From Ignicoccus pacificus DSM 13166 (GTDB taxonomy: Archaea > Thermoproteota > Thermoprotei_A > Sulfolobales > Ignicoccaceae), in assembly GCA_025340205.1 (NCBI GenBank), contig CP006868.1:1140001-1172000 (forward strand): a DNA stretch of 32,000 nucleotides, in the 5' to 3' direction. A program made the position numbers and the translations under genes. Positions 1-9,400 of the stretch are shown here, in pieces; position 1 is the first letter of the stretch; every line of letters begins with the position of its first letter. The notes under the pieces are model-generated. The model saw only the letters and a program-made list of their open reading frames with translations, searched no databases and was not told where the DNA came from.

Positions 1-4
1 GATA

Positions 5-229
5 GTGAGTGTTAGAGACATAGGCTATCTAATACCTGATATAGTCAAGAGGCTAACGAAGTACATAGTGCTAATCAAAGGGGAACTCCCCCAGATCAAG
101 GGAACCGAGCTCATCAGAACGGTAGGCGACTTCGACGCCATAGCGATTGTGGAGGGAGACGAGGAGCTGTTCAAGTTAGTCGATAAGTTGAAGGATAACG
201 AGATAAAGATCTTGGTGGAGAGGCCTTGA
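5..229 (+). CDS. hypothetical protein, probably the 3' end of a gene that begins upstream of the window
   Basis: The frame is open back to base 2. The stop TGA (227-229) overlaps the TTG start of the next gene. No motif was recognised; the IRTVGDFDAIAIVEGDEELFKLV segment is vaguely RAM/ACT-like. Confidence 0.35.
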   Translation: MSVRDIGYLIPDIVKRLTKYIVLIKGELPQIKGTELIRTVGDFDAIAIVEGDEELFKLVDKLKDNEIKILVERP

Positions 230-822
230 GTAAGCTGGTCCCTTGGATAGCGAGCCCGGTTAAGGTGGTCGAGGAGGTAACCAAGCTGGCCCGGATAGGG
301 CCGGGGGACGTGGTTTACGACCTGGGCTCCGGGGATGGGAGGGTAATAGTGCTCACCTCCAAGCTAACCGGAGCTAGGGGAGTCGGAGTTGAGATAGATC
401 CAGCCTTGATAGTGATTTCTGAGGAAAAGGCGAAGGAATACGGGGTTCAAGACAAGGTCAAATTCCTGCAAAAAGACTTCAGAGAGGTAGACTTGAGCGA
501 GGCAACTGTTGTTTACTTGTACATATACTACAATGTAATAAAGGAATATCTATTGGAAAAGCTCGAGAACGAGCTCAAGCCGGGTACTAGAGTGGTCACG
601 CTGGAGATACCGGTGCCCGGCTGGATGCCGGTAGTGAAGAGGGGGGTGCAAGACGAAGCTGGAGTGGTGAGGACCTTGTACTTGTACATCAAGGGAATCT
701 CGGAGCCCAGCGCTTGGAAGAACGATGAAGCCAGCGACGAATGGATGGAGGAGTTCAGGAGAAGGCTCTGGGGGAATGTCAAGAAACCGTCACTGAAGGT
801 TGCAGATGACACAAGTGGTTGA
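226..822 (+). CDS. class I SAM-dependent methyltransferase (resembles the small archaeal protein-lysine methyltransferase aKMT family) with an acidic C-terminal extension
   Basis: SAM motif I is VVYDLGSGDGRVIV, followed by GVGVEID and the post-motif ATVVYLYI...LKPGTRVV. The protein is 198 aa and its start is coupled to the upstream stop. Confidence 0.75.
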   Translation: MSKLVPWIASPVKVVEEVTKLARIGPGDVVYDLGSGDGRVIVLTSKLTGARGVGVEIDPALIVISEEKAKEYGVQDKVKFLQKDFREVDLSEATVVYLYIYYNVIKEYLLEKLENELKPGTRVVTLEIPVPGWMPVVKRGVQDEAGVVRTLYLYIKGISEPSAWKNDEASDEWMEEFRRRLWGNVKKPSLKVADDTSG

Positions 823-1266
823 GGCTCCCACGAACTTTATCTTAGCTCCGCTATAGGGCTTGTCCGCAAATAAGCAGACCGCTTCCCTACCCCTTAGCAA
901 GTTCTGTTGTCCGGTGTAGACCTTTATTATCGTGTTGGTGGTAGGGGAGAGGATCTGTACCCCTCCTACCGTTCCCCCGGTCGGAGTGTATATTATCACG
1001 TAGATTAGGTAAGGTAAGCTAGTATTCCCGTATATTACCGGCTTGTCCGTGCTGAGGGCGCCGTCCTCATAGAGGGCCTTCGTCATGTTTATGCACGCTT
1101 GATAAGCTAAGGTGTCGTTCTTCAGGAGCTTTACGTCGTAGATGACCACCAGAGGCTGGGGACCCCCCTCTTGGGGAGGCCTCATGGCGGTCATGAGTAC
1201 AGCTATGGCAGCTGCTACTATTCCCATAAGAACCGCTACTTCGAGAGCAGCTAGGCCCCTGTGCAT
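790..1266 (-). CDS. archaeal type IV pilin-like protein (class III signal peptide)
   Basis: An internal ATG at 1266 gives MHRG|LAALEVAVLMGIVAAAIAVLM, i.e. a basic residue-Gly cleavage site, Glu at +5 and a hydrophobic helix. There are several N-x-S/T sequons. The longer ORF-track start (1413) would overlap the upstream gene by 160 nt. Confidence 0.55.
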   Translation of the reverse strand: MHRGLAALEVAVLMGIVAAAIAVLMTAMRPPQEGGPQPLVVIYDVKLLKNDTLAYQACINMTKALYEDGALSTDKPVIYGNTSLPYLIYVIIYTPTGGTVGGVQILSPTTNTIIKVYTGQQNLLRGREAVCLFADKPYSGAKIKFVGASTTCVICNLQ

Positions 1267-1856
1267 GATCTCACCGCCCAAACCGTCTCGGGTTGATTCG
1301 TCGTGGTGTTTATGTATGATACTTGACCTACGTAACAGAAAGCTATCTTCTCCGCCCCGTTCGGATAGACCACGTGGAGCTCGGCGAAGCCGTTGAAGGT
1401 TGGGTTGGGGCACGGGAGCGCGGGCTGTAAGTTATTCGGTTTGAAGATGTAGACGGTTACGTTGCCTTGTATTGTAGTGGTCAGGTATTGAGGTACGAAC
1501 TTACCTGTTATGACATAGAATATGGGGGCGCCGGAGCATACCATAGGTATTACTACATATGCGCTGTAAGTAGATGTCGGTAAGGTGGAGTAGCAGTACG
1601 TCGCGTTTGAGATCGACGAGTTTACGGTCAGGTCTATGTAAGTGGGGGTATTAGGATCCAAGCCGACTAAGTAATTGTCCATGCAATTAAGCATGGCCAT
1701 TGTGGCTTGGCTGACCGTGCCCATAGCTTCTATCCTCTTCTGGGCACTCACGCTGCTCCTCTGCCATTGGACGGCCATCCACGACAGAGCACCTAGCACC
1801 ACCAAGGCGAGAAGCATGGCGGCGTAGAGCTCGGCGGATCCCCTCAGTTTCTTCAA
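1251..1856 (-). CDS. archaeal type IV pilin-like protein (class III signal peptide)
   Basis: The N-terminus is MKKLRG|SAELYAAMLLALVVLGAL, followed by a Thr/Ser/Asn-rich beta-type body with N-x-S/T sequons. The gene starts 3 nt after the stop of the upstream ATPase gene. Confidence 0.6.
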   Translation of the reverse strand: MKKLRGSAELYAAMLLALVVLGALSWMAVQWQRSSVSAQKRIEAMGTVSQATMAMLNCMDNYLVGLDPNTPTYIDLTVNSSISNATYCYSTLPTSTYSAYVVIPMVCSGAPIFYVITGKFVPQYLTTTIQGNVTVYIFKPNNLQPALPCPNPTFNGFAELHVVYPNGAEKIAFCYVGQVSYINTTTNQPETVWAVRSCTGA

Positions 1857-1859
1857 GTC

Positions 1860-3227
1860 TCAGAGCCCTTTCGCGTGGGGCTCAAAGGGGTTAAATTGTT
1901 GGGAAGAGGACTCCACGTCCTCAGGCTTTAAACATTTTTCATTATTCAAACAAGCTATCATCACCTCTACCTCGTACTTCCTCGGAACGATTAGGGCCGC
2001 TTTCCTGAGCGTATTCTTCTTCACTTTCTCATATTCGCTGTCGCTCAGCTCGCTCCACTTGACCTCTACTACCAGAGCCCTCTTCTCCTTCTCGTTAAGA
2101 GCTACTACGTCCAGCTCTTCTCTTCCCTTTATGGCTCTCCCAACCTCGCTGAACCCCAGCTTAGAGTAGTTCTTGACAACCCATTCCCCTACCACTTCCT
2201 CCCAGACCTTGGGCACCAAAACCTCCAAGCACCTCGAGACCTCCTTTAACCCTTCCCCGAAGTTGAGCTCCAGGAGCTCCAAGTTTTCCTCAATGCATGA
2301 GTACCAGAACCTCAGGACGGGATCCGCTACCTCGTAGAGCGACCTCTTGGTAAACAAGACCTTCTCCTTTCTCACATATCCTAAGGTTTCCAGCGTGTTC
2401 AGTATTTTGCTCACGTGACCCTTATCCAAGCCCGTCACTTGGGAGATCTCGGTTATTCTGCGATATCCCTTGGCTAGGGCCGAGAGGACGGAGGAGTAGG
2501 AGCTGGGGTCTCTGAACTCCTCAGAGAGAAGCAAGTCCTTCTCATCTCTAAGGGGTCCTCCGAGGCCTAGGAAGTACTCCAAGGTCTCCTCAAGGCTTCT
2601 CCGAGCCAAGCAGAGGTAATAGGGAATTCCGCCGACCATAGAGTAGAGCTTGAGCCTCTCCTCAGCTTTCCAAGAAGGCATGAACTCCTTCAAGTGCTCG
2701 AAGGACAGAGGTTTGAGGTGAAGCCTCAAGGAGGTCCTCGCATATAGAGGAGATCCCCCTCCTAATACGCCTCTAACGAACACGCTCATGAGGCTGCTGG
2801 TCACAACCAGTATTACGTTTGTCTTTGGAAGAACGAGGTCTACGAACTCTTGCAGTTCGCTTAGAACCCTCGAATCCCCCCGGATCCAGAAGCCGAGCTC
2901 ATCAATTACTATTATTCCGTCTCCCATTCTTAAGGCTATTAGCTCCAAGAGGTCTCTCAAGCTCTCGAACTTAAGCCTAGCCAGCATAGGATCTCCTAGC
3001 TCCTTTGAGGCCTTCCTAGCGAGCTCGTTCAAGTTGGTTTCGTGTGTAGCTAGCTGGGAGTAGTAGTAAACCGCTTTCTTGTTTCCTATCCACTCCCTCA
3101 AGAGCCTAGTCTTCCCAACCCTTCTCCTTCCATACACTACAGCAAAAGAAGGAGGGGAGAGGGAGGAGAGGGCTCTGAGCTCTTCCTCCCTGTCCACGAA
3201 CTTTTGGAAACAAATTCGTTGAAACAA
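1860..3227 (-). CDS. archaeal ATPase family protein (Arch_ATPase/COG1672-type P-loop + wHTH + DUF234 nuclease-like C-terminus)
   Basis: It begins FVDREEELRAL and has Walker A GRRRVGKT and Walker B IIVIDELG. A wHTH is seen at ITEISQVTGLDKGHVSKILNTLETLGYV. The C-terminal ELDVVALNEKEKRALVVEVKW is the typical DUF234 E..D...E.K pattern. Confidence 0.75.
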   Translation of the reverse strand: MFQRICFQKFVDREEELRALSSLSPPSFAVVYGRRRVGKTRLLREWIGNKKAVYYYSQLATHETNLNELARKASKELGDPMLARLKFESLRDLLELIALRMGDGIIVIDELGFWIRGDSRVLSELQEFVDLVLPKTNVILVVTSSLMSVFVRGVLGGGSPLYARTSLRLHLKPLSFEHLKEFMPSWKAEERLKLYSMVGGIPYYLCLARRSLEETLEYFLGLGGPLRDEKDLLLSEEFRDPSSYSSVLSALAKGYRRITEISQVTGLDKGHVSKILNTLETLGYVRKEKVLFTKRSLYEVADPVLRFWYSCIEENLELLELNFGEGLKEVSRCLEVLVPKVWEEVVGEWVVKNYSKLGFSEVGRAIKGREELDVVALNEKEKRALVVEVKWSELSDSEYEKVKKNTLRKAALIVPRKYEVEVMIACLNNEKCLKPEDVESSSQQFNPFEPHAKGL

Positions 3228-3247
3228 GGGTATACTACCCTGGATTC

Positions 3248-3265
3248 GTTGAATCTAGATTCAAC
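3248..3265. repeat. perfect 18-bp palindrome GTTGAATCTAGATTCAAC between the CBS gene stop and the ATPase gene start
   Basis: Read directly from the sequence. The half-site-containing decamer ATTCGTTGAA recurs at 3214-3223 and 3244-3253. Confidence 0.6.
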
Positions 3266-3277
3266 TTTAAGTTAGCG

Positions 3278-3664
3278 CTAGGAGAATATGTTCTCAATAA
3301 TAGAAGCAGCCATCTTCATTACATCCATAACCGAGAGGAGCGCATAGGGTTCCTCCTTGTCGTTCAGGACGACTAGGTATAGGCTCTCGTGCTTCTTAAA
3401 TAAGAGTACAGCGTCTTTGATGTCTGCGTCGTGAAGGACTAAGGGAGGCTCTGTGTTGACGTACTCCTCCACAGCCTCGTCCAGCTCTCCCCTAGAAGCG
3501 GCGTCGAGCAGCTCGGTGTACCCGAAGACCCCTAAGAACTCGTCGTCCACGGTCTTTACCAGGAGCGCTAAGGAGTTGCTCTCGTCCATTAGCCTAGCCG
3601 CCTCCCTGACCGGAAGGCCGGGCAGAATCCAGGGAACCTCCCTCGCCAACTCGGAGACCTTCAA
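3278..3664 (-). CDS. CBS-domain pair protein
   Basis: The 128-aa protein has two CBS-like repeats (VREAARLMDESNSLALLV..., IKDAVLLFKKHESLYLVVLND...). Confidence 0.7.
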   Translation of the reverse strand: MKVSELAREVPWILPGLPVREAARLMDESNSLALLVKTVDDEFLGVFGYTELLDAASRGELDEAVEEYVNTEPPLVLHDADIKDAVLLFKKHESLYLVVLNDKEEPYALLSVMDVMKMAASIIENIFS

Positions 3665-3703
3665 GCAACCTCCCGCCTTCTCACCTATTCAGAGCACTTA
3701 AGC

Positions 3704-4417
3704 TTAGCACTCGTCGCCCATCATCTGATACCCTCTCTTCTCCAGCCTCAGGGAGGGTCCAGCGTAGCCCTCTATCCTGGAGGGGTTGGCTATTACCGAT
3801 AGCTCGTTCATAGCGTTCTTACCGATTAAGGTGACCCCGCTCTCCGCGACGGCCCTTATCGTCGAAAGGAGGGGGTGGTGGAACGCGGCCAACACCTTGA
3901 AGCCTCCGGATGCCAGAGCTTTAGCGGCGTCCCCGCTTATCCTGGCGCTTAGCAACGCCAAGGGGACGTTGCCTCCCGTCGAGGCCATGTAGCCGGCAAG
4001 CTTCAAGGCTAAGGCGTGTCTTGAGACATCCATCATCACTTTCTTCCTGACGTACCTTCCTTCCCACACGTAGGCGGCTCCTAGGTGAACCGCTAAGGGA
4101 CACTTCGACTTGGGAGCTATGGAGTATAGCTCTCTCAAGGCTTTTACTATCTCTTCCCATTCCACCTTGCCGTCCCTCACCCTTAGCTCCAAGGGTCCTA
4201 AGTCCTTCGCTTCAATCAATATTTCATCTCCGACTCTGATAGACCTAACGTCTAACAACTTGCCTTTCAAGGCTCCCAGGCCTATTGCTAAGTACTCCAA
4301 ATCGTTAGGTGAGGAGTAGATCTCGTAGACCTCTTCTCCGATCGCTACCCTTACCTTACTGTCTATAGTAATGGTGTAATCTCCCATTACTAGTGCGTGC
4401 TCTTTTACACACCTCAT
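3704..4417 (-). CDS. fdhD: FdhD/NarQ-family formate dehydrogenase accessory sulfurtransferase-like protein
   Basis: Motifs AVHLGAAY, DVSRHALALKLAGY and LSARISGDAAKALASGGFKVLAAFHHPLLSTIRAVAESGVTLIG match the FdhD layout. It is the last gene of the fdh operon, and its start ATG overlaps the upstream stop (ATGA). Confidence 0.65.
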   Translation of the reverse strand: MRCVKEHALVMGDYTITIDSKVRVAIGEEVYEIYSSPNDLEYLAIGLGALKGKLLDVRSIRVGDEILIEAKDLGPLELRVRDGKVEWEEIVKALRELYSIAPKSKCPLAVHLGAAYVWEGRYVRKKVMMDVSRHALALKLAGYMASTGGNVPLALLSARISGDAAKALASGGFKVLAAFHHPLLSTIRAVAESGVTLIGKNAMNELSVIANPSRIEGYAGPSLRLEKRGYQMMGDEC

Positions 4418-4551
4418 TTTTCCACCTTGAACTTCTCCCTTTTCTTCTTCCCCTTCCCTCTACATTTGGAAAGATCTTCATAGAACATCTCTTCCATCGC
4501 AAATAGGTCCTCCGGTTCCTCCACGTTGAAGTTCTCCCACTCGCTCATCAT
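4414..4551 (-). CDS. 45-aa micro-ORF, translationally coupled on both sides inside the fdh operon
   Basis: The product is MMSEWENFNVEEPEDLFAMEEMFYEDLSKCRGKGKKKREKFKVEK. Its ATG shares a base with the FdhE stop (TGATG at 4549-4553), and its TGA overlaps the FdhD ATG (ATGA at 4414-4417). Confidence 0.4.
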   Translation of the reverse strand: MMSEWENFNVEEPEDLFAMEEMFYEDLSKCRGKGKKKREKFKVEK

Positions 4552-5048
4552 CAAGCACCCATGTACCTCTTCAGAATCAACCAGTAGGCCTCTCGAGGAA
4601 TCCCGGGGTAGCTCTCCTCCTTCTCGTCCACGACTATCCAGTTGTGGCCACATTTGTCGCAGCCGTAGACCCTAATCCAGGGGGCGAAGAGGTCCCTCTT
4701 GAACCAAGTCTCCTCAGAAGAGCAATAGGGACACTTGACCCTATGGACCCTCCAAGTGGCTCCACACATCGGACACATCAGCCAGAGAGCCCCGTTCGAG
4801 TCCAAGTAGCCAAGGGGAGAGGGGCTTCCACAGACGGGACAGAAGCCGTCCCTAGGAACCTCTAACATATCGGGCCTCCTCTCCTTTACTAGTTTGGCCA
4901 AGACTTGCAAGGTCTTCCTCCTCACTAAGCTTTCATCCAGCTCACTGAACTTGGAAGCGACTTCCTCGAGCAGCTCCTTAACCGCCACGCTCTCTGCAAT
5001 TGGAACGTCGTCGTACCTTAACTTGCTTAGGGCGTCACTTCCTCTCAC
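4551..5048 (-). CDS. fdhE: FdhE-like formate dehydrogenase accessory protein (four CxxC pairs)
   Basis: The four pairs are CPVCGS, CPMCG, CPYCSS and CDKCGH, spaced as in a rubredoxin-like FdhE. It sits in the fdh operon and overlaps the gamma subunit stop by 14 nt. Confidence 0.6.
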   Translation of the reverse strand: MRGSDALSKLRYDDVPIAESVAVKELLEEVASKFSELDESLVRRKTLQVLAKLVKERRPDMLEVPRDGFCPVCGSPSPLGYLDSNGALWLMCPMCGATWRVHRVKCPYCSSEETWFKRDLFAPWIRVYGCDKCGHNWIVVDEKEESYPGIPREAYWLILKRYMGA

Positions 5049-5718
5049 TCCTCACCACCTCGTAGTATAGCGGATGATGTTCCTTGAGGTACTCCTCAGG
5101 GAGATCTCCGGTCCTAAACATAGCCGTGACCATAGGCCTATGCTCCGGTATGCCTATTGCGGCGTATATGTGAATTACCAATCCTATCATGAAGAGGGCA
5201 GCTCCTAAGGCGTGAAGCTCGTGTGCCACGGTTACTAGCTCCATTGAAGGTTTAAACCACATTATCAATCCAGTCACTATCATTACGGCTATTCCTATTA
5301 TTACGAACCAAGTCCAAGCTATCTGGCCTATGTTATACTTGTCGAACGGAACCCTCTTCTTGTGGACGTAGTAGTCAAGGAGCTTTCTCACTTCCCTTCC
5401 GACGTTCTTTGGCCATATCCTCCACTTCTTCGCCCTAGGCACCTCGGCGAAGAACACCACTGCTGATATCGCAATTAGTACTATCGCGGCCAGTCGGTGC
5501 AACCACCTGGCTACTTCCAGTCCCAAGCTGTTGACGTTTCCCCCTATGAAGAGTGCGACGGGGTAGCCTAGGACGTAGGCTACCCAACCGAATAAGTCCT
5601 TGGAGAAGAAAGGTAGGCCGGTGAAGAGCAAGAGGCCTACCACGTGGATCAAGTGCTTATGGGCCCAGATCTGGACCTCGCTGAACACCCTAACTCTACT
5701 CACCTTTAACACCTCCAT
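5035..5718 (-). CDS. fdnI: formate dehydrogenase gamma subunit-like membrane cytochrome b
   Basis: There are about 4-5 predicted TM helices with conserved His residues (HKHLIH, LHRLAA, HELHALG, HIYAA). It lies immediately downstream of the Fe-S subunit. Confidence 0.6.
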   Translation of the reverse strand: MEVLKVSRVRVFSEVQIWAHKHLIHVVGLLLFTGLPFFSKDLFGWVAYVLGYPVALFIGGNVNSLGLEVARWLHRLAAIVLIAISAVVFFAEVPRAKKWRIWPKNVGREVRKLLDYYVHKKRVPFDKYNIGQIAWTWFVIIGIAVMIVTGLIMWFKPSMELVTVAHELHALGAALFMIGLVIHIYAAIGIPEHRPMVTAMFRTGDLPEEYLKEHHPLYYEVVRSERK

Positions 5719-5736
5719 AATTATTTAAAACAAAAT

Positions 5737-6489
5737 TCATTTGGACTCCTCCTTCTTAGCTCTCCAGTAGGCTGCGTGGAGCAAGCTGGCCAAGATAGCT
5801 AGGCCAGCCACTCCCACCCCGAACTCTCTGATCGCCGGGAGAGCGCCTTCCTTGGCCGCCGGAGACTCCGGTAGACCGAAGTACTTCGGATCCGTGAGCT
5901 TGCCCTTGAACTCCTTGGTGGCGTAGAGCCAGTGCGTTCCCCCGACGTTCGGAAGCCTCTCTCCGTAGATCTCGAATCCTTCACTCTTTAGCTTTTGAAT
6001 TACCTCATCCTTCTTCCCGAATACCAATGCTTGGGTCGGACAAGCCTCCACGCAAGCTGGGAGCTTTCCGTCCCTTATCCTGTCTATACACATCGTGCAC
6101 TTGTACACCTTCCCGCTGCCCTCATCATACTTGGGCACGTCGAAGGGACAAGCCTCCACGCAGTACTGGCAACCTATGCACTTCTCCGGCCTTACGTAAA
6201 CCGCCCCTTCCTCGGTCTTGGTCATAGCCCCGGTAGGACAAGCGGAGACGCAAGGGGGATCGTTGCAGTGCATGCACTGTTCCTTTAGCATTATCCACTT
6301 TACCTCTCCATCGAACACTTCCTTGAACTTGATTATGGTGAACGAGTCGGGGGTTAGCGATGGTGGATTGGTGAAGTCCGGAGAGAAGGAGGTCTTCTCC
6401 ACCGGCCTCTGGTTCCATATCTTGCAAGCGGTCTGGCAAGCTCTGCAGCCTATGCACCTATCGGGTATGAACACGCTCGCGTACTCCAT
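5737..6489 (-). CDS. fdnH: formate dehydrogenase iron-sulfur (beta) subunit, 4x[4Fe-4S] ferredoxin-type with C-terminal membrane anchor
   Basis: Cluster motifs are CIGCRACQTAC, CMHCNDPPCVSACP, CIGCQYCVEACP and CTMCIDR...CVEACP. The C-terminal TM segment is GVGVAGLAILASLLHAAYW. The ATG at 6489 shares a base with the alpha stop (TAATG); the ORF-track start at 6498 is the alternative. Confidence 0.85.
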   Translation of the reverse strand: MEYASVFIPDRCIGCRACQTACKIWNQRPVEKTSFSPDFTNPPSLTPDSFTIIKFKEVFDGEVKWIMLKEQCMHCNDPPCVSACPTGAMTKTEEGAVYVRPEKCIGCQYCVEACPFDVPKYDEGSGKVYKCTMCIDRIRDGKLPACVEACPTQALVFGKKDEVIQKLKSEGFEIYGERLPNVGGTHWLYATKEFKGKLTDPKYFGLPESPAAKEGALPAIREFGVGVAGLAILASLLHAAYWRAKKEESK

Positions 6490-9400
6490 TACAACCACCC
6501 TTCTTCTCTAATATTGGGAAGCTCAGCTTCCCTCTCAAAAACGTACTTGTCCTTTGGAGCCTTCCTAATCCATCCGAGGAAGACCTTGCTTTCCTGTATG
6601 GAAGTGATGATGTCGCCGACTTCCGGAGTAAGCAGGTTGGCCACCGAAGGGGTTCTGTGGGAGCCGGCGTAGCCAAAGGGCCAAGGTATGTTCACGTTGT
6701 AGACGGTCTCTCCGGCTATGTCTAGCTTCGGCATTCTGTGAGTAACCATAGCCCTTACGTAGATCTTCGCCCTAGCGGAGCCTATCTCCACTACGTCCCC
6801 GCTCTTTATGCCTAGTTCCTTCGCCAAGGGCTCCGGTATGTGAGCGAAGGGCTCCGGGACCAGCTCGGCTAGGTAGGGGTTGTTCCTACTCAGAGCCCCA
6901 GTGTGCCAGTGCTCCTCCAGCCTGTTGGTGGTGAGCACTATCGGTTTGGCGTCCTTCGGCATCTGCCTCTCAAGTTCTCCCAAGGTCAGAGCGATCTCAG
7001 CTCCGAGCTGAGGGAGCACCTTGGGAGGGAAGATGAACATCTTGTTGAACGGCTTTCTCCACGCTATCTGTGGATACTTCTTAGCTAGCTCTAAGCTGGG
7101 ACTCTCAGCTGGCTCGAAGTGCATTGGGTAATCCAGCGAGTAGGCGAGCGTAACTCCCTTTCTACCAATAGCGAACCACTCGCCGTACTTCTCGATGAAC
7201 TTCTTGACGCAAGGCCGGTAGTTATTGGGATCGTTCCCTACGCACGACGAGAACTCGCTTATGAAGGAGTCGTGGTATTCCTTCCACTCCTTCCAGTCTA
7301 CGTATTTCACCTTCTTGCCTTCAACTACTTTGGTTCCGACGAAGTACGGCTTCTTGAAGAGAGCCTTGCCCTTCTCTACAACTTCCGGATCGTAGTATAC
7401 GCTCTCTTGGACCGGGTACCTCACTCCCAGCTCTGAGAGCTTGACTACCTTGTAGCCGTTCTTGTTTATCAAAACTGTTATTCCTAAGCTCTTACCCTCT
7501 TTCATCAGCTCAGAGGGATTAGCGACTCCTCCGAAGAGGTCGGTCATTTGCTTTCCGTAAACCGTCCAAGCCCTCTTGTAGAACTTGCCCAAGTAGAAAT
7601 TATGACCAGGAACGAAGGCGGGCCTCAGCGTTCCAGTCTTGGAGTCTACTATCTCCCCGGTCTCTCCCGTTATCCTTACCCTTCTTCCGTCCAGGCTCTC
7701 GCCTACCGCATACTTGCCCTTAGGGAACTCCCAGTAGTCTTCCATACCAAAGGTCTTCTCTAAGGTCCAGAGGTTGTAGAGTATCCTCACGTTCTTGGGC
7801 CAGCTCCACCCCCAGTCCTTGTAGAGTCTCAGCGGAGTGTTGGTGTTGGGGTGCTTTAGCGCTCCCGAGTCGAGGAGGCCGTCGACCTCCTTGACGCTTC
7901 TTGGCTGAGCTACCCTCCTCTTGGCTAAGGGGTACATGTGGGCCCAGTCGTACATTCCGTTATAGAGATCAACTGCTGCGTCTATCTCTCTGTAAACTAT
8001 TCTCGGGTTGACCTCGGAGAAGTCCTCCCACTGGGAGGGGTAGGAGTAGTCCATGTAAGGTTCTATGGGCCTCTCGTACATCACTATCTTCTCCTTTGTA
8101 TAGGGATGTATTACCGTAACCTCCTCCTTGTTCTTTCCGGCCTCCTCGCTTGGGAGTCTGACTATTCCGTCTTGCCTCAGCCTCTCGTAGAGCTTCACCA
8201 TTATCCAAAGATCCGGTTTAGCGTCTCCGGGAGGTAGGGCAACCCTATCGCTCCACTGCAACCATCTGTTGCTGTTGGTTATACTTCCCTCCTTCTCGTA
8301 CTGAATGGCTCCGGGAAGTAATACGTCTGCGAACCAGGCTGTTTCGGTCTCGAAGACGTCTGCCAGCACTACCAGCTTCATCTTAGAGAGCGAGGCCCAA
8401 GTGAGCTTAGCGTTGGGATCGCTTACTGCAGGGTTTTCCGCAAATAGGAGTATTCCCTTGAGCACATCATCGACGAGCGTTCCCTTCACGTACGTTATTT
8501 CGTTGTAGCCTACGAAGAAGGGTAGATCGCTTATCACCTTGGAGTTCTCGTCCCAAGGCCTATCCTCTGGCTCGGTTCCCACGAAGGTTCCCATAGTCAG
8601 CTCGAACCTTCTCCAGTTCATGAACCACCAGGACCAGAGCAAGGCCTTTGAGTTGACCTCCAAGGAGCACTCGTTTCCGTTGCAAGAGCACTTGAGACCT
8701 AAGGCCTTGCAAGCGCTCTGAGAAGGTTTCCAGTTGAAGGCATCGGGAAAGCCTTGGAGCTTCCACTCCTGGTAAGCCCTTATCTGCTTGCTGTTTGAGG
8801 GAATCTTTATGTATCCTGGGAAGACGTGGGCTAAGATGCACATGTCCGTAGTACCTTGAACGTTGTTGTGACCTCTGTAGGGGTTGAGACCTCCTCCGGG
8901 GAAGCCCATGTTGCCTAAGGCAAGCTGAACTATCGCCGCCGCCCTTATGTTTTGTACTCCAGTCGTGTGCTGGGTGAGCCCCATCGCCCACTCGATGCTC
9001 GAGAACCTCTTGAAGTTGGTAGCGACCCCGCTGTTGTTAACGTAGAGCTCAGCGATCTTCTTGAGCTTATCTACGGGAACTCCAGTTATCTTCGAGACCT
9101 CGTTTGCATCGTATCTCTTCACCAATTCCTTAAACTCGTTTATTTCTTCCATATCGACGTTGGTCCTCTTAATATACTCCTTAAAGGCCTCTAACTGATC
9201 TATTTTCTTTTCGTAGAAGGCGTAATGAAGGATGTAGTAGAGAAGAGCTACGTCCGTTCCGGGCCTGTGGAAGGCGAACAGGTTCGCTTTAGCGGCCGTT
9301 CTCCCGAACTTCGGATCCACCACTACCAGCTTTAGAGTACCTCTCTCCTTGGACTCTATCACCGGCTTCATGGAGACGGGGTGGGCGTCGGCGGGGTTTC

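Noticed and set aside
790-1413. The long version of the second pilin ORF (207 aa), overlapping the first pilin gene by 163 nt.
   Set aside because: Its first 49 residues (MPQPNLQRLRRAPRGLSERGG...) are Arg-rich and off-frame to the upstream pilin gene. The internal ATG at 1266 yields a clean class III signal peptide.
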